NCBI RefSeq assembly: GCF_006345805.1
Contig: NW_021832830.1
Span: forward strand, 1-64,000
Reading direction: 5' to 3'
Source of the DNA: Octopus sinensis
Lineage: Eukaryota
Length of the DNA stretch: 64,000 nucleotides
In this document: one piece after another, positions 50,624 to 64,000 of the stretch
Layout of the letters: every line of letters begins with the position of its first letter
Numbering within the stretch: position 1 is the stretch's first letter
Notes under the pieces: generated by a model
Database searches by the model: none
Seen by the model: only the letters and a program-made list of their open reading frames with translations
What the model was told of the DNA's origin: nothing
Translations under genes and position numbers: made by a program

Positions 50624-51283
50624 TTGTGTATTTGTTTCCTCGACGAAAAAGACCGAAAGAGGAAAAAGATGGGTGACAATGTTTGCCCACTGAGGTATCT
50701 TAATGTCGCAGGAGGGAAGGGAAATCTTCCGGACAAAACGGAAGAAATCCACCTTCCCGTGACAAAAGAAAAAAAAGAAAAAAAGCGGGGCATTTCTGGC
50801 GGTTACGCACTGCCGGCATGTCCCGAAATCCCGTCGGTGGGAATCTGTGCCAACGACGGTGGAAACTATGTCTCTCTCTGGGTGAAGCAGGAATTTGTAA
50901 TCTTCTCCCACGTGGGAGGGGTAATTCAAGAAATTATGAAAAGGTTTACCCAAAAGGATCGGAGGGGAGGGTTTCTAACCTGTATTGATGACCCTGCATG
51001 GCCTCCGCAGGTGGCTGCGAAGGTCGTGTCAGAGACAGATATGCTCAAGGAAATGAACTCCTTTCCCGAAGACGCATTCCGCTCATAGTTGAAGCACCTC
51101 GACATGGCACAATCAAAATACTTGAATGACGCGTTGAGCCCGGTCTGGTGCCGCCAGGGCGGAAAAAGCAAGAGGCTTACTTCCTCGTACTGTAGGGGCA
51201 TAGGGTCCAGTATGGAAAAATGTAAGAGGCTTAGTGCCTCATTTGCAAGGACTTTGTGTCCCATTGAACTATATAGTAAGTAG
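50624..51283 (+). pseudogene. Unidentified ~220-codon reading frame with one in-frame stop, probably a retroelement ORF remnant
   Basis: ORFs 50624..51088 and 51089..51283 are in the same frame, separated only by TAG. The region is visibly GC-richer and non-repetitive, and its leader is shared with family F. No motif was recognised. Confidence 0.3.
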
Positions 51284-51729
51284 TTTATAACCTCAATTTG
51301 TTTTTATAAAAGAGGAAAAAAGAACAATGTTTTCGGGAAGCAGCGATCGTCGGGCGTCGTCTGTTTCCCTCATCAGCATCATTATTTTACTCATCATTGA
51401 TTTCATTTGTGCTGTTGTCCATCCGGCATTTGCTTCCATCTATGTAAAGCCTTTATAGCTAATTTAAAGAAATAATGACGGGTCACATGGTGTTACTTAC
51501 CAAAGAATATCAGATGCGTAGCGACACCAGTTCATTTAGAAGATTTTTCTTTTGATCGCGTGGCTGAACAGGAAGCAGCAACGAAGTCTTTCGAAAGGAA
51601 CTGTTGTCGCTAAAAGCCTTGATATTCGCTGACAACATCATATGATCCACCTTCACCAATAGGAGTTTATCTTATGGTAGCCACTGTGAACAACATGTAT
51701 CTCTCCATTCGACGATCTGTAGCTTGAAA

Positions 51730-52322
51730 GGCGGCGAGCTGGCAGAATCGTTAGCGCGAAATGCGTAGCCGTATTTCGTCTGCCGTTACGTTCTGAGTTC
51801 AAATTTCGCTGAGGTCGACTTTGCCTTCCATCCTTTCGGGGTCGATTAAATAAGTACCAGTTATGCACTGGGGTCGCTGTAATCGACTTAATCCATTTGT
51901 CTGTCCTTGTTTCTCCCCTCTGTGTTTAGCCCCTTGTGGGTAATAAAGAAATTGGTATTTCATCTGCCGTTACATTCTGAGTTCAAATTTCGCCGATGTC
52001 GACTTTGACTTTAATCCTTCGGGGTCAATTAAATAAGTACCAGTTACGCACTGAGGTCCATGTAATCGACTTAATCCGTTTGTGAGTCCTTGTTTGTCCT
52101 CTCTGTCTTTAGCCCCTTGTGGGTAGTAAAGAAATAGGTATTTTGTCTGCCGTTACGTTCTAAGTTCAAATTACGCCGAGGTCGACTTTGCCTTTCATCC
52201 TTTCGGGGTCGATAAATAAGTACCAGTTACGCACTGGGGTCCATGTAATCGAATTAATCTCTTTGTCTATCTTTGTTTGTCCCCTTTATGTTTAGCCCCT
52301 TGTGGGCAATAAATATATATAT
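51730..52322 (+). mobile_element. Family A SINE trimer flanked by one TSD
   Basis: A full head GGCGGCGAGCTGGCAGAATCG, then two headless units joined at GAAAT(T/A)GG/TATTT. ATCTGTAGC(T/C)TGAAA lies at 51715-51729 and 52323-52337. Confidence 0.9.
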
Positions 52323-52744
52323 ATCTGTAGCCTGAAAGAGACAGGCTTCTGCTTCACATATTAATTAGCATGGAACCAAATCAAACAGTTCTAAATAATA
52401 TATACAGCTGAATGGTAAGATTTTGCTTCCCAGCCATATATTCCCGGGTTCAGTCCCAACTTGGGCAAGCGTCTTCTACAATAGACTCGCGCCGACCAAA
52501 GGCTGGTCAGTAGATTTGGTAAACGGAAACATTTGCTTGTTGCAGCCATTTGACTGTGGCCATGTTGGAGCATCGCATTTTGTCGAACAAATCGACCCCA
52601 GGACTTTCTTTGTAAGCCCAGTACATATTCTAAGTTACGGGAACGTAAGCACACCAACATCGGTTGTCAAGGGAACAGACACACGGTCACACACACAAAT
52701 GTAAATACAACAGGCTTCTTTCAGTTTTTCTGGGCGATGGAGGA

Positions 52745-52910
52745 GGGGGGCACTCGATTAGATCTACCCCCACCTACGCAATTTATCGAATCAGAAAGTA
52801 TAAAAGGTAATGTCGACCTCGCTGGAATTTGAACTCAGAACACAAAGATTGATGAAATACCAGTAAGCAGCTCGCCCGTCGTGCTAACGTTTCTGCCAGC
52901 TTACCGCCTT
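52745..52910 (-). mobile_element. Family A SINE, diverged, abutting a family B tail
   Basis: GTCGACCTCGCTGGAATTTGAACTCAGAAC...GCTAACGTTTCTGCCAGCTTACCGCC. Confidence 0.75.
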
Positions 52911-53124
52911 TACTCTTTTACTCTTTTACTTGTTTCAGTCATTTGACTGCGGCCATGCTGGAGCACCGCCTTTAGTCGAGCAAATCGACCCCGTGACTTA
53001 TTCTTTGTAAGCCTAGTACTTATTCTATCGGTCTCTTTTGCCGAACCGCTAAGTAACGAGGACGTAAACACACCAGCATCGGTTGTCAAGCGATATTGGG
53101 GGGGGGACAAACACACACACACAA

Positions 53125-53160
<36 letters not shown>

Positions 53161-53320
53161 ATATATACGACAGGCTTCTTTCAGTTTCCCTCTACCAAAT
53201 CCACTCACAAGGCATTGGTCGGCCCGGGGCTACAGCAGAAGACACGCGCCCAAGGTGCCATGCAGTGGGACTGAACCCAGAACCATGTGGTTGGTTAGCA
53301 AGCTACTTACCACACAGCCA
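52911..53320 (-). mobile_element. Family B SINE
   Basis: Near full length; only the first few head bases are missing. Confidence 0.9.
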
Positions 53321-53852
53321 CAACTAATCGTATCACCTAAATATTAGTGTTATTGATTATATAAGTGTTTTCGAAATATGGTTTTATTTTGCAGGGTATA
53401 ATAAATGTATTATGTATGAAATAATATCTGCTAGCCAGTTGCTAGTTGGTAATTGCTTGTTAAACGTTTCTGGTAGAATTTGCCAGAATTCACAATTTCA
53501 GATCTTTTGTTAAACATTGCAATATAATAGAATATAATGCTTTCCGAGCGGATGAACCTGGCCCCGAGGCTTTTCAGCGAATCCAGCAAAACTTGTTTGT
53601 TTACTGTTATACTATTGCAGCTAAACTAAGGATATGCGTTATGAAGAAAGAAGCACATGCAATATTTTATCCGCTCTCATCTGAAGTTTATTTGAACTAC
53701 ACAGCTTCCTCATAAATATCTGCGTATTTTACCAAAAGAGTGGCCAGATGGAACACTATGCCCATAAGAACATTGGCGTTTTTAAGAATCTTGGATCTCT
53801 TACTAAAACCGACGCCAGCCAACGAGAGGGCAACTGCAGTATCAATAGTCTT

Positions 53853-54445
53853 TTTTTCTTTTTTCTTTTTCCTGTATTACCAACAAGGGGTCAAACATAG
53901 AGGGGACAAACTAGGACAGACAAAGGGATTAAGTCGATTATATCGACCCCAGTGCGTAACTGGTACTTAATTTATCGACTCCGAAAGGATTAAAGGCAAA
54001 GTCGACCTCGGCGGAATTTGAACTTAGAGCGTTAAGACAGACAAAATCCCGCTAAGCATTTCGCCTGCCTTGCTAACGTTTCTTATTTCTTTGTTGCCCA
54101 CAAGGGGCTAAATATAGAGGGGACAAACAAGGACATACAAAGGGTTTAAGTCGATTACATCGACCCCGAATGGATGAAAGGCAAAGTCGACCTCGGTGGA
54201 ATTTGAAGTCCGAACGTAACGGCAGATGAAATACCTATTTCTTTACTACCCACAAGGGGCTAAACACAGAGGGGACAAACAAGGACAGACAAACGGATTA
54301 AGTCGATTAGATCGACGCCAGTGCGTAACTGGTACTTAATTTATGGACTCCGAAAGGATGAAAGGCAAAGTCGACCTTGGCGGAATTTGAACTCAGGACG
54401 TAGCAGCAGACAAAATACGGCTACGCATTTCACCTGCTCGCCATC
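53853..54445 (-). mobile_element. Family A SINE trimer flanked by one diverged TSD
   Basis: Same two junction types, in the same order, as 33570-34135. ACTGCAGTATCAATAGTCTT (53833-53852) matches ACTGCAGAATTAATAATCTT (54446-54465) at 17 of 20 positions. Confidence 0.88.
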
Positions 54446-54681
54446 ACTGCAGAATTAATAATCTTGCTAGATATGTTAGCTCTTTCAAACATTGTCCTAC
54501 CGTTTTAAAAATCACAAGGAGACATTGGATAATGTACTCCTAGATATGTAATGGCAGTGACACCAGTGACTTGGCTAATTCTGGAGAACTTTTGATCGTG
54601 ATTTCACGTTATCTCTGTGTGTGTAAGAATGTGTTTATCTAATGGTTATCTAATTGCATGACTATGTTATGCGCAATTAAG

Positions 54682-54765
54682 AATGCTTTGAGAAAAAGGT
54701 ATCTGTTATGTTGCCACCGCAGAAATGCTTTGAGAAAAAGGTATCTGTTGTGTTGCCACCGCAGA
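54682..54765 (+). repeat. 42-bp tandem duplication
   Basis: AATGCTTTGAGAAAAAGGTATCTGTT(A/G)TGTTGCCACCGCAGA twice, with 1 mismatch. Confidence 0.95.
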
Positions 54766-55199
54766 AACTGGAGTAGTACTTAATCATTAAATAAGTGGAA
54801 CGATGCACTAAATATCAGGCTGCGAACTTGGGCCTATACACTGGAGGAAATTCCCCGCCAGTTTTAGGCCATCATGAACACAGTTGAAAGACTGAAACCG
54901 GTAACTTGATATATTGATTTCAAATTTTCGGTACAAGGACAGCAAAGATAGTGAAAGAGATAGATCGATTGATTTATGTTCAATTGGTACATAATTTTAT
55001 AGACACCTGTGATGATGAAAGGCAAAATCAACCCCGATAAACTTTTGAGCTCAGAATATAAAGTTGGAAGAAATGATGCTAGGCATCATTCTTTGGCGTG
55101 ATAACGATTCTACTAGCTCGCCACCATGCAGAAACTTTGTAGATTGTTTTCAGAATTTGGCATCATGAGAGCAGCAAATTCGGTGAATGGGGTAGATCA

Positions 55200-55380
55200 A
55201 TGATATCAACACCGCTATTGAATTGGTACTTATTTTATCGACCGAGAAAAGATGAAAGGCAGTCGATAAAATATGAAAAGTATATTCGACCTCGGCAGAA
55301 TTTGAACTCAGAATGTGAAGACGAAATATCACTAAGCATTTTCTCCGGTGTGGTAACGATTCAGCCAAATCGCCGCCTTA
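55200..55380 (-). mobile_element. Family A SINE, diverged
   Basis: TGGTACTTATTTTATCGACC..AAAGATGAAAGGC...CGACCTCGGCAGAATTTGAACTCAGAA...CGCCGCC. Confidence 0.7.
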
Positions 55381-55994
55381 AATATTAATAATATTGCAAG
55401 CAAGAAAAGAGATATATATTTGAATAATCGATAACGTCGCTCCCAATATTTGATCAATTTTTCATGTTCGGATAGATTATGTTCAGTTTAACCCTCGCTT
55501 CATATGAAAACAGAAATAATAACGGCCCTTACACAGTGGAGTTCTCTGTCAGACATTCCAAAGAGTCTGCCATGATAACTCCCTTAGGGGTAAAGATATT
55601 CAACACAACAGAAAGACAGAACTACGACGTATCTTACTAATTCAAAGACAACACCTGGATAATTTTCAATAATTCCTACCAGGCCAGATATCTTCTGCAG
55701 GTGAGACAAACTAGAACATCTCCCGTGGGCAAATCAGTGTCTCACTAACTACCTACATATTCAAAGAACGATTGACCAAAAATATAAAACATATACGTTG
55801 GTGAAATTGGAATGATACCAAAATTCTTTATGGTCCGAGTAATTAGATTTCTGGTCGGTTTTATTCTTCAAGAAAACGGTAAACTTGTATTGAATGTCTG
55901 TTCTAAAGCGCAAGCATTAATTATTCTGCTGAATAACAGAATTCCGGATAAATGCCACACCTGCGATCATGTCTAACCTCATTGCCAATGTGAA

Positions 55995-56267
55995 GTCGTA
56001 GCAGTGGCAGTAGGTGTAGTAGTATTAGTAGTAGTAGTAGAGGCAGTAGTAGTAGTAGTAGTAGTAGTGGTGATGGTGATATTTGTGGCAGTAGTAGTGT
56101 TGTTGTTTTTGTAGTTGTTATTATTATGATTATTATTATTATTATTAGTAGTAGTAGTAGTAATTATGCTGGTGGTTGTAGTAGTAGTAGTAGTGACAGT
56201 AAAATAGTAGCAGTAGTAGTAGTGGTTGTGGTGATATTTGTGACTGTAGTAGTGTTGTTGTTGTTGT

Positions 56268-56299
<32 letters not shown>

Positions 56300-56420
56300 A
56301 TGATGCTGGTGGTAGTAGTAATAGTAGTAGGGGCAATAACAATAGTAGTATTAGCAGTAGTAGTTGTAGTAGTAGTAGCAAAGGTGGTGATGGTGATGGT
56401 GATGGTAGTGGTGGTGGCTG
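55995..56420. repeat. Compound (GTA/GTT/GTG)n microsatellite
   Basis: Seen directly. Confidence 0.93.
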
Positions 56421-56624
56421 TATAATGGCTGAATTGTATCCCAAAGTTCTCGGATTGACACGAAGACTGCAGTCACGTACTGTGGATGCAAATGCCTCCT
56501 TCACGCGGTTATGGTGAAGTTCAGATACGGACGAACAATCGGAAGCGTATTTTCTCACAAACCTACAGAACAGACCCGGACGAATGTCACTTAAAATCAT
56601 CATAGATCTTCTATCATTTACCTG

Positions 56625-57010
56625 TTTCACTTATTAGACTGCGGCCACGCTGGGGCACCGACTTGAAGAACTGTTAATCGAATGAATCGACGACACTACA
56701 CATTATTTTAAAAGCCTGGTACTTATACGATTGATCCAATTTTGCCGAACCACTAAGTTATGTGGAGGTGAAGAAACCAATTGTGGTTTCGAAATGATGG
56801 TGGGAGACAAACTCAGACACAAAAAATACACACATGCATGCACGCACACTCACGCTGGCGCGCGCACATTTATTTTTCTATGAATAAATCCATATATATT
56901 TACGAAGGACTTCTTTCAGTTTCTCTCTACCAAATCCATTCATAAGGTTATAGTAGAAGACGCTTGCCAAAGGTGTCCCGCAGTGGGACTGAACCTGGAA
57001 CCATGTGGCT
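56625..57010 (-). mobile_element. Family B SINE, strongly diverged
   Basis: GACTGCGGCCACGCTGGGGCACCG...GCCGAACCACTAAGT...CTTCTTTCAGTTTCTCTCTACCAAATCC...GCAGTGGGACTGAACC. Confidence 0.7.
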
Positions 57011-57208
57011 GAGAAGTATATTTGAAATTTATATTTATACACACACACATACACACACATTCACACACAGATAGACGACTTACTTCCTTTAGTTTCCGTC
57101 TACAGAACCCACTCACGATAGGGCCAAGTCTATATTAGGAGACATTTGCCAAAGATCGAAAATTTATTGACATATAGACACGGCTGTACCCATCATTCCT
57201 TTGAAGTG

Positions 57209-57422
57209 ATGGCAGAAACGTTAGCACGCCGGGCGAAAAGCTGAGCGGTATTTCGCCTGCCGCTACGTTCTGAGTTCAAATTCCGTCGATGTCGACTTTG
57301 CCTTTCATCCTTTCGGAGTCGATAAATTAAGTACCAATTACGCACTTAATCGACTTAATCCGTTTGTCTGTCCTTGTTTGTCCTCTCTGTGTTTAACCCC
57401 TTGAGGGCAGTAAAGAAATAGG
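57209..57422 (+). mobile_element. Family A SINE monomer
   Basis: TGGCAGAAACGTTAGCACGCCGGGCG...GAGTTCAAATTCC...CAGTAAAGAAATAGG. Confidence 0.88.
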
Positions 57423-57910
57423 CATTGTCTTGATTTCAATCTTCCTCCGTTCACACTCTTCATTTAGTATTCACCTTCAAAGAAACCCTCCTTTCAAAAC
57501 GGTACGTGGTTAAGTTTTCACTACTTACCTCCTCTTACTTCAAACGTAGACTACCTAGTCGCCATATATAAGGTGGACTGCATTATTTGCTATGAAAATA
57601 TGTCATTCATTTAATTCATTTCTTTTCTAATTATATTTAATGCAATGATAACTTATTTCATTCTGACCTCTTATTTGTGATTATATGGTATCTGAAGACT
57701 GTCAAGGGAATATTTAAATTTTATCTCTTCCAATATTTCGTTCGATCTTAAGGCCAGAATTCTATTGAAATTACGATAAAATCACAAAGAATGTTTCCAA
57801 CTACAGAAACTAATACTTACAACAAACACATGTATGTATGTATGTATATGTGTATGCATGTATGTATGTTTCTATCTATCACCATATATGTTTACACACA
57901 CACACACACA

Positions 57911-57952
<42 letters not shown>

Positions 57953-57970
57953 TAGATAGATATATATATG

Positions 57971-58001
<31 letters not shown>

Positions 58002-58076
58002 TGTTATATTTCGGAATGGTCATATGTGTTTGTATATATACATATATACATATATATATGTACATGTATTTGTGCA

Positions 58077-58116
<40 letters not shown>

Positions 58117-58348
58117 TGCACAAATGCATACACATATGCATACCGACACATAAACATATATACATATACAAATATAGATATTTAAACATATATATATATA
58201 TCTTTACATTTATATATAAGCATATATATGCACATATAAATATATATATACGTATACATATATGTTTATGCATATATATACGCATATACATACATATATG
58301 TGTATATAGATATATGTGTGTGTGTTTATGTATATGTGTATATATGTG

Positions 58349-58379
<31 letters not shown>

Positions 58380-59004
58380 GTATATATATATACATATATA
58401 TGCATATACATACATATATGTATAGTTTACAGAAACAAATGCATTGAAGTATCGAAGTAAATATGAAACCGAGTCAATGTTGTTTCCATTGTATTATTTG
58501 CCATGTATAAATAACTTTTACTCGTTCTCCAATAATAGCGTAGAGGTCGACCTAAACCATTTGATATTATGTCAACCTTGACAGGGGCTAAATTGATTAT
58601 GAAGAAAACCGCGCAAATAATATCAGCTGCTTCCATCTCAACGATGTAAATACAAGCAAAGCAATTAGTAAAGTACCTCTTAGGTTTTGGCAAAATTAAT
58701 ACCTCTTTGTTATGGAATGTTGATTTTGTAGGAAAGAATGTGTATTGTGCATTCGATCAAACAAGACGAATTATTGTTGATGTGCTTAATATATTACAAG
58801 TCTAATTCATGAAGCTCCGAATCTGATAAATCAATTGAGAAACGCAGCTTCAGATATATAATATATTTATGAATTGTATATTTTCTTCTGAGAGAATATA
58901 AAATATGTCTCTTTAGCAATGGCAGACATTTGTACTCGGTAGATTTCTCTTCTGCTTTCATTTAAAAAAAAAACTGTTTCCATCTTCATGTTATTTAAAT
59001 AAAG

Positions 59005-59021
59005 ATTATTATTATTATCAT

Positions 59022-59071
<50 letters not shown>

Positions 59072-59081
59072 ACACTACTAC

Positions 59082-59162
<81 letters not shown>

Positions 59163-59317
59163 TAGCCTTATTTTATCACATGCTTCACTTTACTGTATTG
59201 AAAGTGTTTTGCGTAGGATGTGTGCAGTGCCCAGTAGTGCAATTTTCTGTTATATATATATTTATTAGACCTGGTGTTTTTGTTATGTATTTGTCTGAAT
59301 ATTTTATTATTATTATA

Positions 59318-59366
<49 letters not shown>

Positions 59367-59477
59367 GATTATTATGTTCTTTTTGTTTTTGTTTTTTCAC
59401 ATGCTATTTTTATTTATATCATAATTACTAGTAACAATAGTAAGCAGCAGCAACAGTGGCAGTAGCATCAGCAGAAT

Positions 59478-59509
<32 letters not shown>

Positions 59510-59570
59510 TTAGTAGTAGTAGTAGTAGTAGTAGTAGCAGTAGAGGTGGTGGTGGTAGTAGTAGAAGTGG
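59005..59570. repeat. Cluster of (CTA)n, (TAT)n and (TAG)n microsatellites
   Basis: Seen directly. Confidence 0.9.
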
Positions 59571-59870
59571 TTACTCTTGTTCTAGTTAAATAAAAATATG
59601 ACAACTGATTCAGCGTTGTTGCTGATGTTTTCAATCCATGCACAGAGCTTATTATTACATCGAGGACCTCAGATATGGAAACCGGATCACTCTGATCATT
59701 TTAGGGGTGGTTCTAGGTCTAGCATAAGTTTCTTAACACTATCAAATATCACGTTTAATTTGCTCTGATTATACCATATGTCACACACATCTATATGCTT
59801 TGATAGATCTTTAGCTACTACACGCATTTTTTTCTCTCCTTGTTTCTCTCCTTGTTTTTTTCTGTGTATC

Positions 59871-59904
59871 TATCTGTAGAAGAGCGTAGGCTGGAAACGT
59901 AAAA
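59871..59904 (+). ncRNA. Degenerate variant minimal hammerhead-like motif (homolog of 25779-25812)
   Basis: CTGTAGA A GAGC-GTAG-GCTG GAA ACGT A AAA; helix II has a terminal mismatch. Confidence 0.3.
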
Positions 59905-61579
59905 TACTTTTTCTATTCCTGAGCGCTATACTAATACATTTGTTTGTTTGTACTCCACCTACCTTCGTCTTTTGTTTATTTTCGTAAACTTTCCCTTTAT
60001 ATTGTAGCCAATCTAGTGCTGTCCCTAACAAACTGAGCCTTATCAACTGAAAGGTAAATAGAGCGATGGGCATCGACCAAAAATGTTCAGATTTTGTGCC
60101 CCAAATTGATCTCAATATCACCATACCTACTTATCAGGTTTTGCAAAAATGAAAACCATAACATGAAGGTTTCGACATTCATATTATTCAGAATTTCGTT
60201 AAACACATCTGTGTATTATAAATCCAGCTACATAGTCGTTGAACATATGTGATACTTGTACATATTTTTGTTTTGATTTTAAAACTGTTTTTTTTTTCTT
60301 AAATAAAACAGGTTTTAAAAAACGTGCATGGAAAGTACACCAATACATTTTTATTTCATTTCCAGGGCACAATGAAGTCAAAAAGGAAACAAAAATCTAA
60401 ATTTGAGAGGAGAAAAAAATCAAATTAAATTTTTTCAAAACTACTAGCTGAGTTCATGCAATCACTGGAAAACTAATATAGTCAAGTTATCCTGAAAGTC
60501 GCACACAGGGAGTTTGTCATTTGTTGCAAGCAGGGAATTCATGCGATATAAAAACAGAGGCACAGAAATAATACTAAGAAGAAAGCAAACAAATATGGAG
60601 GAACGAGATAATGAAAGGAACGAGAAAAAGAAGAAAGAAAAATGGTCTGTACGGATAAGTATAAATAATGTACATATTAGAAGCTAAAAACAACAAAATA
60701 AATATTATGGTATAGGGATTGCAGATCACAGTTAATACTAATAAATTGTTATGGAATCTTGTAAATGGTGAGTACGCAGGAATACTGTGCAGTGACTGAG
60801 AAACCAAAGGAGAGAATCTACAATTTTTCAAAACGGTTCCATTCATGGTTTGCACGAGCCGTTTCCCATCCGTGCACAACGAACTAATGCAATCAGAGGT
60901 TAAAATCAACTGCAGGCTATTAAAACCTGTATATTAAAAAAGAGAAAAGCGACTTTTCTAATAATTTTTGATGAGACAAACTTTGAAAAGTAAATATATC
61001 CCGTATCAATACGGAATTGGCAATGCGGCATTTTGAAGTACAAAACAAAAAAAAAACAAAAATGCGAAGTAATAGAGGCACAGGACAGAGCTGGAATATA
61101 TGATATTTACGCAAATAATCAATGAAACATATGTGAAGAAGGCATTCAAATGGAAACGAACAAATTGTGGGTTACAAGTTTGAAAATATAAACAAAGGCA
61201 AACGGTACAGTTAGTAAGTTAAAATGAACGTGCAGAGAAATAGGCAGAACGTAGAAATGTTGAAAAATTATCGTCAAACTCTAAACAAATATATCGGTTA
61301 TCCGCAGCGCACATGCGGCTGAATATGCTTTGAATCCCTTACAATTCAAATTGAAACATTTTGCACAGTAAACAACCCAATAATATCGGACAGTTTCAAG
61401 AACACATCCTGCACAATAGTCAGGTTAAAATATAAGGAAAATCCAAAAGCAAACATTAAAGTAAAAACTAACCGTAAAATAAACGTTGGATACGACCAAT
61501 GTATGCGTGCGCATGTTTGTGCGTGCGCGTTCGTTTTCGTATGCTTACACAGACACATCTGCGTGTATATATATAGATA

Positions 61580-61610
<31 letters not shown>

Positions 61611-61712
61611 ATATATATATATCTATATATATATATATATATATATATATGCATGTACGCATTTGTACATACATAAATATATACAAGCACGCACCTACAT
61701 GTATATTAATGC

Positions 61713-61774
<62 letters not shown>

Positions 61775-62835
61775 ATAATATATATATATATGTACATATA
61801 CATACATATACATATATATAGAAGTACATAAACATATATATATGTGTATATATATGTATATATATGTATATATATATATACATATATATATATATTTACA
61901 TATATATATATTGTATATATACATATATATACATATGCTTGTATCTACAAAACCAGGGTGAGGGAGAGAGGAAGAGAGTGAGAGAGAGAGGGAGACGTGA
62001 AGAAGGGAAAAAATGTGGGAAGAAGAGAAATGTGTGAATGTGAGGAAGGTGTGTGTGTGTTCGTTTCTATATGTATCCTCCGTGTTTATTTCTTGTTATT
62101 TTTATGATGTAACAGAAAATGTTTACTAGCGACATCATTACAAAATTTTGTTACCATGTATATTACCAAAATGGCAAAGCGTATTCTCGATATGTACGTG
62201 CTGAAAAACAAACTTCACTTACAAAGAGCTGGTCCTAAATCCGTTAAACTGTTAAATAGTAAAATAGAACCAAACGAAATTGCATGTCGGTAAACATTTG
62301 ACGATGCAGATATCGAAATAATTCTGAGTGAAGAATTATAAAAAAAAAGAAAATTGTACACGGCAAACTTAAATGAAATTGGCATAGCAGAAAAACATAA
62401 CAAAGCAGATCGTTGAAGCTGTAGCTAATATTGTTACCCTTTGGTAGAAAAAAATATATATGGAGAGACAAACAGGGAAAAATATATGGCAATAAACAGA
62501 AATAGTACAGTAAGAATAATGTAATTTCAACCAGTTTATCTGACAAAATTGAATTAGACACACATGAAATAAAGGGAAAAAAAGTATGCAATGAATACAT
62601 TTAAAATATTTAAAAAGGAAAATTACAAATATACTATAAGTAAAAAAAACGTAAGCATATACGAACTCTTACATATGTATGTATATGTATACAGACTTTA
62701 ACAGAGAGAGACACATGTACAATATATCAGTCGGTAATAATTTAGATGGAGGAACATCTAACTACAAAACTTCGTTTTATGTTGAACAGCAACGTCATAC
62801 ACGCACACAATTATATATTATATATATTATATATA

Positions 62836-62873
<38 letters not shown>

Positions 62874-63109
62874 TATGTTATATATATATATAAACATATA
62901 TTTCTATATGTATATATACCTATACCTATCAATCTATCTATCTATATCTATCTATCCATCTATATCTATATATATATATATATATATACATATATTTCTA
63001 TATGTATATATATATATACATACTATATATACATATACATATATATATAATATATATATATATATAATTATATATATATATATATATATATATAATACAT
63101 ATATATATA

Positions 63110-63156
<47 letters not shown>

Positions 63157-64000
63157 TACAGAGAGAAATAGATATAGATAGACCGATTGATACATATATG
63201 CATAACTATATATTACATATATAAAATATATAAGTATATGTACATATACACACATGTCTGCGCACACACGCACATATATATGCATTAATGCTTTATATGT
63301 GTGTGTGGTTGTATGTAAGCCAACGTATGTATATACGCATGTCTTCGTGCATTTCTGTCTCCGTTTGTCTGTGTGTCTGTGTGTCCCAGGTTATCTCTCT
63401 CTCTATCTCTCTATCTTTCTCTCTCGCTCTCTCTTTATCTCTCTCCCTCTCTGCCTATCTCTGCAGACTGATGTTATATTCCACAATGTTGAATACTTCT
63501 ATTATTTTAGGAAATGATAAAAATGAAATCAACATTAGCAAACTGCACCGAGAATATTGAATTCAAATCAAATTGAAATGAGACAGGAGTAAGCAACATC
63601 ATCATCAGCAACATCAACATCAGAGGCAGCACAACTGCAACAACAACAACAGGAAAAAAAAAGGGAATGATATGAGGAAACAAAACGAAAAGTTCTGCCG
63701 AGACTTAATAGTTTTTGGTAAAGTTTGTTGCCGAAATGCATCATGGGCAATGAACTTTTTTCATCGCATACACAAAAAAATATCTGCATGCGTTGCACAC
63801 ACGCACACGCTCACATGAGCACGTACACACACATACGCACACACACATGAATATATGTGTATGGTTATAAAGTGTATATATGTATGTATGTTTATATATA
63901 TATATATATATATATATATTTACATACATGTATGTATGTACGTATACGTACGTATATATGTATGTATATATATGTGATATTTCTGATATGTATGTATATA

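Noticed and set aside
58441-58480. CATT-GAAGTA...GAAAC-CGA-GTC-AATG
   Set aside because: Needs at least three edits to restore CUGANGA, so it is not distinguishable from chance.
60574-60909. 111-aa minus ORF and a plus-strand GTGAGT donor
   Set aside because: No homology recognised and no convincing acceptor.

Overview
AT-rich eukaryotic DNA in which I found no host protein-coding exon that I can identify, so it is intergenic or deep intronic. The tRNA-derived SINE families and extreme microsatellite load look like an Octopus (cephalopod) genome; this is inferred from remembered repeat families, not from a search. Almost all ORFs in the supplied track are artefacts of (TA)n, (TG)n, (AAT)n and (CTT)n tracts or of SINE sequence. 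The window holds many copies of at least four tRNA-SINE families and decayed LINE RT fragments (CR1-like and RTE-like). It also holds an internally deleted Ty3/Gypsy element with an LTR end and primer-binding site, and two Helitron-type pieces. The most notable signal is non-coding RNA structure. A complete type I hammerhead ribozyme fold occurs twice, in inverted orientation (40843-40893 on -, 43506-43556 on +), inside a roughly 370-bp element embedded in microsatellite. Six degenerate minimal hammerhead motifs with palindromic helix III (Penelope/retrozyme type) occur in other short TA-associated repeats. Other notable structures are a near-perfect 339-bp-arm palindrome at 7500-8186, SINE dimers and trimers each flanked by a single target-site duplication, and a 46-nt inverted templated insertion inside a SINE.
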